NCBI GenBank assembly: GCA_018304425.1
Contig: JAGVWE010000004.1
Coordinates: 187,189-251,188 of the forward strand
DNA: 64,000 nt
From: Candidatus Iainarchaeum sp.
Lineage (GTDB): Archaea; Iainarchaeota; Iainarchaeia; Iainarchaeales; UBA10219
Direction of reading: 5' to 3'
Shown in pieces: positions 54,451 to 64,000 of this stretch. The position numbers and the translations under genes were made by a program. Positions within the stretch are counted from its first letter, which is position 1; the number at the start of each line of letters is the position of its first letter. A model generated the notes under the pieces. The model was not told the origin of the DNA. It saw nothing but the letters and a program-made list of their open reading frames with translations, and ran no database searches.

Positions 54451-55878
54451 TTACCGGTAGCGGTTGGGGCCGCGTTCTTGGCTCCAGTAGTCGGGTTGTG
54501 CGTAGGCCGGGAACCCGGTGCCAGTGCCTTGGGTGCTTGTGCCCGTCGTTCCCGTGCCGGTCCATTCGTTGTCCGCGCCCGTGCCTGGCACGCTGCCGGT
54601 TGGTTGCTCGCCGCTTGGAATCGTGGTGGTTTCGGTTCCGTCGAGGGTGGGGTTATCGGTTGTCGCGGAACCCGTGCCGGTTTGGTTCACGGCCTGCACG
54701 CCGCCGGGCCCGCATCCCTCTCCCGGTTCACCTGGTTCCCAGTTCACGCAGGTGTTTCCGGGCTGCTCAGGTGAAACGGATTGGTTTTGGGCGGTGCTGC
54801 CGGGGCAGAAGCATTTTTTTTCGGAGTCCCAGTCACAGTGGTCCTTCTTGTTGGAGCAGAACTTTTCTTTGCAGACGTCTCTGGCCAGTTGGTCGAGTGT
54901 TTTGCTTGGGTTCTTGGGCACTCTCTGTGCCACTTCGCGGTCGTCATCCTCGGTCCACTTGCAACCATCCCCCGTGGTCGGCCCGCCACCCCCGCCTCCT
55001 CCTCCAGTCGTTGGCGGGCTTCCTCCGGTGCTTCCCGTGGGTTTGGGGATGCAGGCACAATAGTCTGCTGTTCCCTTGCCACACGTTCCCTTGCCGCCAT
55101 CGCACTCGCCGGCTTGGCCGCACTGCGTCCAATACAGGGCCGCATCATTTTTTCCTTGGCCGGCAGCGGCCTTCGTCGAGCAATCAACGTCTGCCTGGGT
55201 CGCCTGGTTGGCGCCACTGCCGTCGCGGGGTGCTTCGCCGGCTTGGGTTCCTTCGTCCTCGCCGCAGGGCACGCAGTTCTTGTTCAGTATTTTGCACTTG
55301 CCCTCGCCCTCGCAGGTGCCGCAGGCCGTCTCATAAGCCGCCTGCCACTCCGTTGGGTTCTTTTTCTTGCTCTGGTGGGATTGCACCAAGGCCGCATCCG
55401 CCGCTTTCTTCGCGTCCGCATTGCATTCGTTGCTTGAAGTGGTCGGGCCACCTGCAGCTCCGCCTCCTCCGGAATCGGGGCTGCCCCCGCCAACTGAGGT
55501 GGTGCCCGAATAGCACACACAGGAATAGTCATAGGTTACGACCCCATAATACTTCGAAAACCCCCTTTTCACTTCATATCCTGTTACCTTTACGGTGGCT
55601 TTCCCGGAATTGCAGGCCTCCGCCTTGCAAAAAGCCGCGCACCGCGTGTCGGCGGCGGTCTGGGCTTCGACCGCGCAACCTTTCGCGGCAGCGTCCTTTT
55701 CCTCCTGGCTTGGCGCTCCGAACATTCCAAAGGAACCGCATTCCTTCTTTACCCCATCTTCATTTTCTTTCGCACAGACCACCGATTCACCGGCAAACCC
55801 AGTCGAGGGAAGGGTGCAACCAGCCAGCACGATTAAGGCGCTAATGGCTAAAATGAGCAGTAATTGGCGTGTTTTCAT
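54451..55878 (-). CDS. Cys-rich predicted lipoprotein, paralog of 49951-50787
   Basis: ISALIVLAGC lipobox; several Cys modules with Gly/Thr linkers. Confidence 0.8.
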   Translation of the reverse strand: MKTRQLLLILAISALIVLAGCTLPSTGFAGESVVCAKENEDGVKKECGSFGMFGAPSQEEKDAAAKGCAVEAQTAADTRCAAFCKAEACNSGKATVKVTGYEVKRGFSKYYGVVTYDYSCVCYSGTTSVGGGSPDSGGGGAAGGPTTSSNECNADAKKAADAALVQSHQSKKKNPTEWQAAYETACGTCEGEGKCKILNKNCVPCGEDEGTQAGEAPRDGSGANQATQADVDCSTKAAAGQGKNDAALYWTQCGQAGECDGGKGTCGKGTADYCACIPKPTGSTGGSPPTTGGGGGGGGPTTGDGCKWTEDDDREVAQRVPKNPSKTLDQLARDVCKEKFCSNKKDHCDWDSEKKCFCPGSTAQNQSVSPEQPGNTCVNWEPGEPGEGCGPGGVQAVNQTGTGSATTDNPTLDGTETTTIPSGEQPTGSVPGTGADNEWTGTGTTGTSTQGTGTGFPAYAQPDYWSQERGPNRYR

Positions 55879-55927
55879 CGAGTCACCATCTTGGTTTTTG
55901 TCATATGATATGTCTTCATTGGCCTAT

Positions 55928-58900
55928 TTAACTGTTTCCCTGGATTGCCGTGGAACCCGTTCTTGGCGGACTGCTTGCCGAGTAGCCAATGCAGGTCTTT
56001 CCGGCTTCCAGCTTCTGCGTGAAGTCGTGGATGCTTTGCTTGGCCCCTGCTTGCTTGTAGATGCGGGTGGGGTCCCAGAAGAAGCTGACGCTGGTTCCCT
56101 CTTCCCGGGCGCAGAGCAGCTGGCGTTTAACCAGGCTAAACACGTCCTCCACCGAGTTGATGTAATCGCTGGTCGCCCTTCCCGGCCGGTTGTATTGCAT
56201 GCTGCTGATGCCCTGCAGTTTCACCACGGCACCGTACTCGTCTGCCGTGAGGAAGTTCAGGGAACCCTTGGGTTCTTCGGCCCGCAACACCGCGCTCATG
56301 TGCCTGGGCGTGTAGATAATGGTGCGCAAGTCCACTTTGCCAGCATAATCCGCCTTTGACCAGTCCACGGTGTACGCGTTCTGGAAGTTGAACAAGCGGT
56401 CTTTCTGGGTCGCAGACCTATCCGGTTTGTGGAAGAAAGCCTCGGTGACGAGTTGGCCGTCGAAGTTCAGGCAAGCCCCCGCGCCGCTCCACTCCGTCAA
56501 GCTCGTGCCCGTGTTCACCGGCAACTCCTTGTCAGACAAGAGGTAGAACGCCCCAAACGGTTCGGTGCTTATCTCCTTCTTGTTCATCTCCAGCACCACG
56601 GGCGTGGCATAACTGGGCGCCATCGTCATCTTCACGGCGCCCTCTCCCTGGGTCTCCATGCGCAACACGATGCCCTTGAATTGCGGCGACGTGTTGATGG
56701 TCTTGATGTCTTTTTCGATGGACGTGAAAATCTTGTTCATGGGGTTGGAGCCCGCATCCGGGTAGCTCGTCAAGGCCACGGCACCGTTGTCAATCCGGAC
56801 CGTTTCCGTGGGGTTGAGGTTCACGAAGGAAACCCCGTAGCCCTGCCGGTCAAACCGGTCCTTTTTGAGGCCCACGAGACCGTCAAAGGGCAGCCGGTAG
56901 AACATGGAGTTCGGCACCGGGTCGGCCACCCGGTACAGGGAAACGCTCATCTTGCCTTTGACGTTGCCTTGGTCGTCGAAGAACCGCCAGTCGTTCGTGA
57001 ACAGGGGGCCCAGTTCGACTTCGTATATGCCGGCCTGAATGGTGTTCACGTTGTTTTCGAATCGGCGGGTGAAGAACAGCTTGTTTTGCTGCAGGTAAAG
57101 CTGGTTGAACCCGTACTTCTTGTTGCCGGGCGCGGTTCCCAGGCTATGGAAAGCCGTGTCAGCGTCGGCAAAGGCCACGTTCGTGTAATACTCGCCGAAG
57201 TCCTTGATGAAGTCCTCGGAATAGCCGTCGGCCATGAGCATGGCGTTGAACTTGGTCAACTGGTTGAGGGCCTGGACATTGGGCACGCGGGCAGTCCAGT
57301 TGACGGACGAATCCGCCTTGATGAACCGGTTGATGGTGGACTCCCCATACGTTGTCTCCGTGCTCCGCGGCGTGCCGCACCCCGTTTTCTGCTCGATCTC
57401 GCTGGGCTGCGGGTTGAGGTTCACCCTGAACGCGAACGCCACCGAAGCCGAGTCAATCGAGGCAGCCGAGGACGAAGTGACTTCCGCCACCGCCGTGTAG
57501 ATGCCGTCCGCGAGGTCGGCCATGATGCACTCGCCGGTCTTCGAGTTCACGCCCGCGAGGTTGCTGATGCCCGCCAAGGCAATGGTGCAGGTTTTCAGGC
57601 CTCCCGCCGTCCCGTTCATGCGCACCGAAACGCTGGCATCCGCAGGCGCCGTGCCGTTGTTCGTGGCAGTCACCTGGACGGTCATGTCGTCGCCGTTCTG
57701 GGTGCCGATGATGCTGCTTGCGCCCACGCTTCCGGCATCCACCGTATGCAGTGCGTTGTCCGTATTGAACTGGGTGGTCACCTTGCCGGTTTCATCCGTT
57801 GAGGGGCACGTGAACTGGTAGTTGTTGGCCTTGAGGAATTCATCAAACGCCTCCAGCCTTTTGACTATGGCGATGTTCAATTGCGTGGCGTCGCAGTAGA
57901 TGCCATTGGCATTGTCCGCGTTGCAGGAGTCCGCCTGGATGGCGTCCGAGCCGTTCCAGTTCCAGTTCAGCCTGGTTTTGGGCAAGGCTCCCGGCCCGTT
58001 CACGCCCAAGGAGGTGCCTGCATTGCACGCAAACGTGTCAAAGTCGAGTCTCGGTATCTCGAGTTTCTCGGTTTGGGTGATGAAGCGCACGTGGATGGGC
58101 TCCCGGTACTCGCCGTCGCTGGCTTCCACGCAGGCGCCCTGGTTGGTTGGAGCCCCTATCCAGTAGCCCGCGAACTCCCCGTTATCGCACGTAACGGCCG
58201 CTTTTCCCGCATGCAGGGGGTCCCCGTGGTGGTGGATCTTGGTCAAAATGGTGGCAATCGCGTACGTCGGCTTTTCGTCCAAGATGCCGAGGTTCTGGAA
58301 GTTGACGCCCACGGTTTGAGTGGAATTCTTTGAACCGCAGTCCAGGCAGTCCGCAATGGCGAGGTTGAACATCCCGACCAGTTTTTCCTTGTCCAGGATG
58401 ACGCTTTGCGCGTCGGGTGGGAGATAGATGGCCGCGCCCTTCTTTCCGACCCCGTTAAGGTTGATGACGTAGTCCGGCAGGGTATGCGTGTCCGTGGTAT
58501 CATGGCAGTCCTCGTCGAAGACGCCGAATATCGCCAGGACCACGGCCACGACTACGGCAACGATGATTCCAATGAGGGGCACCGCCCCAGCAATCACGAC
58601 AAGGGCACCCACCACGACTCCCGCGGCAATGGATTTCCCAACCCCTGACTTGGAGGACTCGTCCCACGCGCACATGTCGGCTGTTACGGCTACGTCTTCC
58701 CTCAGCTTGAAGTTCTTGAGGATGGCCGAGTCGGTTTGGCCGGGCGGCGTGTAGAACGTGTACTTGTCGAAGTCCAGGTAGCCGTCGGACTCGACAATCA
58801 CCTTGTACTCTGCTATCTGCCGCCAGCCTCCGCCGGCCGGGCGCGCGTACACGGGAACACCGTAGTAGCCTGGCACGGTTTTCTTCGTCACGAGGACGTC

Positions 58901-61900
58901 ATACGTTTTATCGGGCTTGGCGTTCGAAATCTCGAAGGGCTCGAGGTTGATGCCGCCCTCGCTGGCGCCGCCGCGGCAGTCGTCGTGGTCGCAGAACTTA
59001 AAGTCGACGTCCACGTTGCCGCAGGCCTTGGTGTCCACCTGGAACTTTTCGTTGCCGTCCTCGTCTCCCCGCTTGATGCGCACCCCGTTCTGGGAGTCCG
59101 GCGTGAACTTGACGCACTGGTCGAGGTTCGTAATCAGGAGCTCGCCGTCCACCTTGCTCGTGCCCACCGACACCGGGCCGGTGTCGGACAAGACTTCCGC
59201 GTCCAGGATGACCGAGAACTTGGCGGTCTTGCCGAGCACGCTGGCGTCCGGCAGGGGCGTGAAAGTAAGGCTTCCCACGTACTCCTTGTCGGCCGGCACG
59301 GTCTCGAACAGCTTGGTCTGCCGGTTGGACTGCACCAGCATGGTGGGCGCGGCTCCCGCCGAGGTGTCGTTTAACGTGATTTCCACGTAGCCAACGATGT
59401 CTCCCTGCCACACCATCATGGCAGTCAAGTTGTTCAACCCCATGGGGGTTCCGTCTTTCGTGACGCAGTTGTTTTTGACCACGATTTCCTTGACCAGCTT
59501 GCTGGTGAAAGTCGTGTCCTTCCAGGCATTGGGCTGCACGGTCAGGCAATTGGCTATCTTCGGCTTTTCCGCCAAGCCGATGTCCACCTTCAAGGGCACC
59601 GAGTAAACGTAGGTCGCGGTGCGGCTCTCGTTGCTCAACTCGATGTAGAGGCTGCCCTCCACGCTCGTCTTTTCCTTCAACAGCTTGGCCAACGCGGAGA
59701 CCGTGGCCTTGACGTTCAGGCTCTTCGTCGTGTTTTCCTCGAGCCAGAAGGGCTGCACCGTGTACTGGTTCAGGTAGTTCTGCATCTTCTGCAGGTCGAG
59801 GAGGCCCCGGAACTTGTCTCCCTTGACCAGGAGCTTGGAGATGTAGAGTTTCTGGGGCACTTTGCTGGTAATCTTCAGCTCGGCGTCGCGCTCGTTGTTG
59901 GTCGTCAGCCCCAGGGAATAGGTGAGGGTGGCGGGCGAGAAGTCCACGGGCTTGTCGCTGATTTCCAGGGCAACCGCTTCGCCCATGAACCCGCGTTTCT
60001 CGACTTCCACCGTGAGCTTCGTGCCCGGCGGGGAAGCAGGGAAGACGAATTCAACGGTTCCCTTGGGCCCCGTGGTCTTAATCTGCACGGTTTCCGCGAG
60101 GTCGGGCGTGCGGCGCCGCAACCGCACCAGCGCACCGTCGGTGTCAAAGCCCGAGTTCTCGCCACCCGCATAGGTTATGTGGACAATGACCCGGGTCTCG
60201 ATGTAGGCCGGGATAACATCCTGGTCCAAGTCGATTTTCAGCTGCTGCTCGGAGAAAATCGTGAACGCCGTCAACCGGTTGAAGGCCTCCCTCCCGCTGG
60301 AGACCATCAGTTGCTGTACGTTGGTCTGCCCTTGCTTGCGGGCCTCGACTTCGAGCTGGGTCTTGGCGGTCTTGCTTTGCGTGAACCGCCCCAAGCCGAT
60401 GGGCGGCAACTCGAACCGTTGCCCGGTCTCGCTGAAGGGCGTGGAGTCCGCGTTGACGACCGTGTACTTGTCGATGACCAGGCGGTCATCCATTTTGAGG
60501 CCGTCCTGCGTGACCCTTATCCGGAGGTTGGCGTTGTCGTGGACGGTGGGCGAGTCATTCGTGACCGTGCTCTCGAACCGGTACTTCTGGAAGACCCGCA
60601 ACTGGAAGGGCTCCTTCAAGTACACGTCGTCAATGGGGTCGAACACTTTCTCGCTGTAGCAGAAGCCGTTGGCGCAGGACTCGGCCTGGCCGACATTAAA
60701 GGTCTTATCGTAGCTGTTGGCATACAATTCCTTCTTGTCCGCGGTTTCCTTCCTATCCCCCAACGTCGAGTCCACGGGGTCGCGGAGGAACTTGCCCTGC
60801 AATTCCTCGGCTTGGATGCGGTAACTCAAGGGGAGGGCCGCGCCTGCCTGGGCTTCCTGCCTCACCTTCAGCTCCACGTCCACGTTGTAGATGCCGGGCT
60901 GCATGCCCTTATTATCCATCCACGAGACCTCGGCCCACTTCGCGTCCCCGTTCGTCAACAGGGCCCGGTCGTTGCCGGCCGGCGGGTTCCAGGTCGTGCC
61001 CCGGATGATGCTGGTAGTCGGGATGTTCAGGTTGTTGACGAACCAGGCATCCTTTTCCACGGCGTTCTCGGAGCCCGTGCGCAGGAAAAACGTCAAGGCC
61101 TTCAACGTCGAAGCACTCGGTACCTGCACGTAGAACCGCACCTTGTACCTTTCCCCGGGCACCATGGCCTTGACCTTGGTGTTGGTCTTGTCGAACAAGC
61201 CCTCGAACACGATTTTGGGTTCCCTGCCCTCGATTTTTTCGACCAGCAGGGCGTTGAATTCGATGGTCTGGTCGGGGAACACTTGTTCCACCCTGGAAGT
61301 CCAGGAAGTCCTCCCCGTCTTCGAAACCCGGGCGTACACCGCTGTATCGGCCTTTGTCGGGTGAGTGGCAACGCCCTTGTCGTCCGCGGAAAGCGTGCCC
61401 AGTTTGGTGCCCGCGGCATTGAACACTTCCACGTCCACGAAGGGCACGCCCTGCCCGTCCGCGTCCCTGGCGTTGACTTTCAGGGTGCCGAAGCCGATTT
61501 TCATGTCAATGGTGAACTTCGTTATTTGCTTGACCAGCAGTTCCTGTTCCGGGCTCTTGCCCGTGGCGGGGAACTTCTGCGCGTACGCGAGATACTTGCC
61601 GGGCTTCAAGCCCTTGAATCGGACTAGGCCCTTGTCGTCAGTCGATGGCGCGCCACAGGCCTCGCAAATGAACTTGGTCAGCGCGTAATACATGTTGACC
61701 TTGGCGTTGACCACCGGCTGCTTTTCCTCGTCCTGCACCAGCACCTCGACCTGCCCCGAGTTCTCGGGCGTCAGCTTTTCCAGCTTTACCTCGACGTTCA
61801 AGGGCTGGGCCTTCGAGGCGTTGCTCGCGTCAACCGCCACGTCCGCCGAGGAAAGGTAGTCGTCGTGGTAGGCTTCCACGAAGTACTTGCCCTTTTCCTC

Positions 61901-63055
61901 CAAGCTGAAGGTAACCTGGCTCTTGCCTTGTTCCACGGCCTGCGAGCCAATCGCTTCCCCGGTCTCCCGCTTGAGGGTCACCTTGGCCGCCGTCACGGCG
62001 TTCCCCGAAACCTTGTCCAAGACCTTGACGTTGATGACGGCCTGGACTTCCTTGGTCAGGGTCACGTCAACGGTCTTGGTCTGGTCCGCGTAGACCACGA
62101 ACTTGTCGGACTGCGCGTTCGCATACGCCCCCGAAGTATCCGTTACCACCACGTAATAGGTGCCGGGCGTCGTCTTGAAGGCCTTCTCGCCGTAACTCGT
62201 GAAACCCTGGTCCACGGAAACCCCCACCGCGTCCCTCAACTCGACCTGGGTGCCGTCCAAAGCCGGGTTCAACCGCACCAGGATTCCTCCCTCCCGGACA
62301 ACGGCCTGCTGCAAGTGCAATACGCCCGAGCCGTCGTCGACAAACGAGTCCGAGGAAATGCCGCTGCCCTCCACGTTCACGAGCACGCTGCCACAGCCGT
62401 CCGGCGGCACATAGGACAGCGTTCCATTGGTCACCGTGTAAGTGTCCTGCAGGAAGCTCACTCCCAGGTTCGAGCAACTCAGCCGCACCGTCAAGGGCTT
62501 CAAAATCTTTTGCCCCGAGGCATCCGTGAAGGAAATGCTTTTGCCCAGCGCTTCCGGCCCCAGGCCCCCATTCCCGGTTCCCCCCGCTTTTTCGGCCAAG
62601 GCCAGCCGTTGCTCGGCCGTGTCCTTGCCGAAGACAAACGACTTCTGCACGCCTTCAAAGCCGTCCCTGGTGACTATCAAGGCCACCTGGCTGCCCTCCG
62701 GCAACTCAATGGATACCGCGCCCTGCGAGTCCGTGGTCAACGTGAACGTGTCCGCGTCCGCGGTCAAGGAAACCGAGGCATTGCCCAACGGGTTGCCGGC
62801 CGCGTCCGTGACCTGCAGGCTCAAAACGGTTTTGGGCCCCAATGGGGGCGGCGTGAGGCCCGGCTGCAACAAGAAGAACGCGCCCACCGCGCCGACAACC
62901 AGCAGCAGGACCAGCAACAGGAAGCTGGGCATGACCTGGTCGATGGGGTCCACGACCTTGTAAATCGGGATGACCTTGTTGAGGCCGTCCAGTACCTTGT
63001 AATAACCGTCTTCCAGGGAATAATAAAAGTCTTTGAGGTTCTGGCCCAAGCCCAT
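55928..63055 (-). CDS. Giant (2375 aa) membrane-anchored surface protein with repeated beta-sandwich (carboxypeptidase regulatory-like) domains
   Basis: N-terminal TM; repeated V.D..G.P...A.V.L....TD..G units. Confidence 0.85.
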   Translation of the reverse strand: MGLGQNLKDFYYSLEDGYYKVLDGLNKVIPIYKVVDPIDQVMPSFLLLVLLLVVGAVGAFFLLQPGLTPPPLGPKTVLSLQVTDAAGNPLGNASVSLTADADTFTLTTDSQGAVSIELPEGSQVALIVTRDGFEGVQKSFVFGKDTAEQRLALAEKAGGTGNGGLGPEALGKSISFTDASGQKILKPLTVRLSCSNLGVSFLQDTYTVTNGTLSYVPPDGCGSVLVNVEGSGISSDSFVDDGSGVLHLQQAVVREGGILVRLNPALDGTQVELRDAVGVSVDQGFTSYGEKAFKTTPGTYYVVVTDTSGAYANAQSDKFVVYADQTKTVDVTLTKEVQAVINVKVLDKVSGNAVTAAKVTLKRETGEAIGSQAVEQGKSQVTFSLEEKGKYFVEAYHDDYLSSADVAVDASNASKAQPLNVEVKLEKLTPENSGQVEVLVQDEEKQPVVNAKVNMYYALTKFICEACGAPSTDDKGLVRFKGLKPGKYLAYAQKFPATGKSPEQELLVKQITKFTIDMKIGFGTLKVNARDADGQGVPFVDVEVFNAAGTKLGTLSADDKGVATHPTKADTAVYARVSKTGRTSWTSRVEQVFPDQTIEFNALLVEKIEGREPKIVFEGLFDKTNTKVKAMVPGERYKVRFYVQVPSASTLKALTFFLRTGSENAVEKDAWFVNNLNIPTTSIIRGTTWNPPAGNDRALLTNGDAKWAEVSWMDNKGMQPGIYNVDVELKVRQEAQAGAALPLSYRIQAEELQGKFLRDPVDSTLGDRKETADKKELYANSYDKTFNVGQAESCANGFCYSEKVFDPIDDVYLKEPFQLRVFQKYRFESTVTNDSPTVHDNANLRIRVTQDGLKMDDRLVIDKYTVVNADSTPFSETGQRFELPPIGLGRFTQSKTAKTQLEVEARKQGQTNVQQLMVSSGREAFNRLTAFTIFSEQQLKIDLDQDVIPAYIETRVIVHITYAGGENSGFDTDGALVRLRRRTPDLAETVQIKTTGPKGTVEFVFPASPPGTKLTVEVEKRGFMGEAVALEISDKPVDFSPATLTYSLGLTTNNERDAELKITSKVPQKLYISKLLVKGDKFRGLLDLQKMQNYLNQYTVQPFWLEENTTKSLNVKATVSALAKLLKEKTSVEGSLYIELSNESRTATYVYSVPLKVDIGLAEKPKIANCLTVQPNAWKDTTFTSKLVKEIVVKNNCVTKDGTPMGLNNLTAMMVWQGDIVGYVEITLNDTSAGAAPTMLVQSNRQTKLFETVPADKEYVGSLTFTPLPDASVLGKTAKFSVILDAEVLSDTGPVSVGTSKVDGELLITNLDQCVKFTPDSQNGVRIKRGDEDGNEKFQVDTKACGNVDVDFKFCDHDDCRGGASEGGINLEPFEISNAKPDKTYDVLVTKKTVPGYYGVPVYARPAGGGWRQIAEYKVIVESDGYLDFDKYTFYTPPGQTDSAILKNFKLREDVAVTADMCAWDESSKSGVGKSIAAGVVVGALVVIAGAVPLIGIIVAVVVAVVLAIFGVFDEDCHDTTDTHTLPDYVINLNGVGKKGAAIYLPPDAQSVILDKEKLVGMFNLAIADCLDCGSKNSTQTVGVNFQNLGILDEKPTYAIATILTKIHHHGDPLHAGKAAVTCDNGEFAGYWIGAPTNQGACVEASDGEYREPIHVRFITQTEKLEIPRLDFDTFACNAGTSLGVNGPGALPKTRLNWNWNGSDAIQADSCNADNANGIYCDATQLNIAIVKRLEAFDEFLKANNYQFTCPSTDETGKVTTQFNTDNALHTVDAGSVGASSIIGTQNGDDMTVQVTATNNGTAPADASVSVRMNGTAGGLKTCTIALAGISNLAGVNSKTGECIMADLADGIYTAVAEVTSSSAASIDSASVAFAFRVNLNPQPSEIEQKTGCGTPRSTETTYGESTINRFIKADSSVNWTARVPNVQALNQLTKFNAMLMADGYSEDFIKDFGEYYTNVAFADADTAFHSLGTAPGNKKYGFNQLYLQQNKLFFTRRFENNVNTIQAGIYEVELGPLFTNDWRFFDDQGNVKGKMSVSLYRVADPVPNSMFYRLPFDGLVGLKKDRFDRQGYGVSFVNLNPTETVRIDNGAVALTSYPDAGSNPMNKIFTSIEKDIKTINTSPQFKGIVLRMETQGEGAVKMTMAPSYATPVVLEMNKKEISTEPFGAFYLLSDKELPVNTGTSLTEWSGAGACLNFDGQLVTEAFFHKPDRSATQKDRLFNFQNAYTVDWSKADYAGKVDLRTIIYTPRHMSAVLRAEEPKGSLNFLTADEYGAVVKLQGISSMQYNRPGRATSDYINSVEDVFSLVKRQLLCAREEGTSVSFFWDPTRIYKQAGAKQSIHDFTQKLEAGKTCIGYSASSPPRTGSTAIQGNS

Positions 63056-63067
63056 GTCGTTCTACTC

Positions 63068-64000
63068 CTACTTTGACTCGATGCATGCCTTTTCAGGCGT
63101 GGTGGCCGTCGTAATCGCCAATTCCTCGGCTTTCATGAAGTCCGTGTCCGAGACCTTCTTGGGGTTCCACCAGAAGTCCGCCCGGGCATCCGTGCCCGAA
63201 ATGCAGACGAACTGTTTTGCCACCAGCTTCAAGACGTCTCCAATGCTTTCCACCTGGTGCCCGTCCAGCAAGCTGCTTACCTCAGGGACACCGTAGAGGA
63301 GGGCATCGCTTCCCCCGCCTGCCTGGGCAATGAATGATGCCTTGTCGTTGCCCACGTTCAAGTGGATTTTGCTTTCCTGGTTCTGGGGCGTATAGTAAAT
63401 GGTCTTCAGGTAGACGTTGCCGTAGTCCAGGGGCTTGCAGAACTCGAAGCCATAGCTGGTCGCGGCGATTTCCCCGCCCAACAACGCGCACTTGGTTTCC
63501 AGGCCGTGCTGGTCCGGCGTCTCGTAGAACGCTTCAATCATTCTCCTATCGTCGAAGCTCGAACAACTATAGCCTATGCCGTTCCACTTCGAGGAAACCG
63601 GGCCCAGGTTGGCGGCGTTGCCCCCGATGGCGAGGCTGTAGAACGCCCAGGCCTCGTCGTTGCGGTTGGTCATCTTCAGGATGAGGGGCGTGGCCTTGCT
63701 GGGGCTGTAGGTTATCTGGTTGATGGCTCCCCGGCTCACTTCGAGGATGGTGCCCCTTCGGTCGACGTTGAGGCGCTTGAAGTCATTGGACTTGTCGAAG
63801 ACCTCGATGACTCCGTTCTGCACCGGCGTGCTGCCCGGGATTTCCACGGTGTGAACGGCTTCCTCGGCCGGGTTCGCGTTCACCTTGATGCGGTCACCCT
63901 TGTAATTGACTCCATAGCCTACCCTCCCGTTGCTGACCCCGATGGGGCCATCGAAGGGCAGGTGGTAGAAGGGGCTGTCGGGTTCGGGGCTGTCCAAGCG
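63068..64000 (-). CDS. C-terminus of a paralogous giant surface protein (truncated by window edge)
   Basis: FYHLPFDG..G..RVGYGVNY, LKTIYYTP, FWWNP match FYRLPFDG..RQGYGVSF, LRTIIYTP, FFWDP of the downstream protein. Confidence 0.85.
   Translation of the reverse strand, partial: RLDSPEPDSPFYHLPFDGPIGVSNGRVGYGVNYKGDRIKVNANPAEEAVHTVEIPGSTPVQNGVIEVFDKSNDFKRLNVDRRGTILEVSRGAINQITYSPSKATPLILKMTNRNDEAWAFYSLAIGGNAANLGPVSSKWNGIGYSCSSFDDRRMIEAFYETPDQHGLETKCALLGGEIAATSYGFEFCKPLDYGNVYLKTIYYTPQNQESKIHLNVGNDKASFIAQAGGGSDALLYGVPEVSSLLDGHQVESIGDVLKLVAKQFVCISGTDARADFWWNPKKVSDTDFMKAEELAITTATTPEKACIESK

Noticed and set aside
1-64000. CRISPR array, rRNA, integrase or transposase
   Set aside because: No regularly spaced repeats, rRNA signatures or recombinase motifs seen

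Overview
GC-rich archaeal chromosome segment. Archaeal markers: family-B polymerase, type-2 Met aminopeptidase, intron-containing tRNAs, TATA boxes, GGAGGTGA/GGTGA RBSs. Gene content suggests a DPANN lineage, possibly Iainarchaeota/Diapherotrites (inference). The window holds near-complete trp (D-C-B-A-E-G), shikimate/Phe/Tyr and his operons, hisS, 9 tRNA genes, several toxin-antitoxin modules, polB, map, small membrane proteins, Cys-rich lipoproteins and giant surface proteins. Main discovery candidate: the 5' leaders of the trp and his operons carry a repeated cassette, AGA-AGG-NNT-YTA-STT followed by the cognate codon (TGG in trp, CAT/CAC in his). A +1 shift at each cassette joins short uORFs into the trpD or hisD frame. 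The trpD N-terminal domain has no ATG/GTG/TTG start and is reached from the leader ATG by two successive +1 shifts. The his leader frame reads through an embedded tRNA-His gene. The aromatic operon has a leader peptide ending F-Y-Y-F-W. Together these suggest amino-acid-starvation sensing by hungry-codon +1 frameshifting and attenuation in an archaeon. All calls were made by eye, without database searches.
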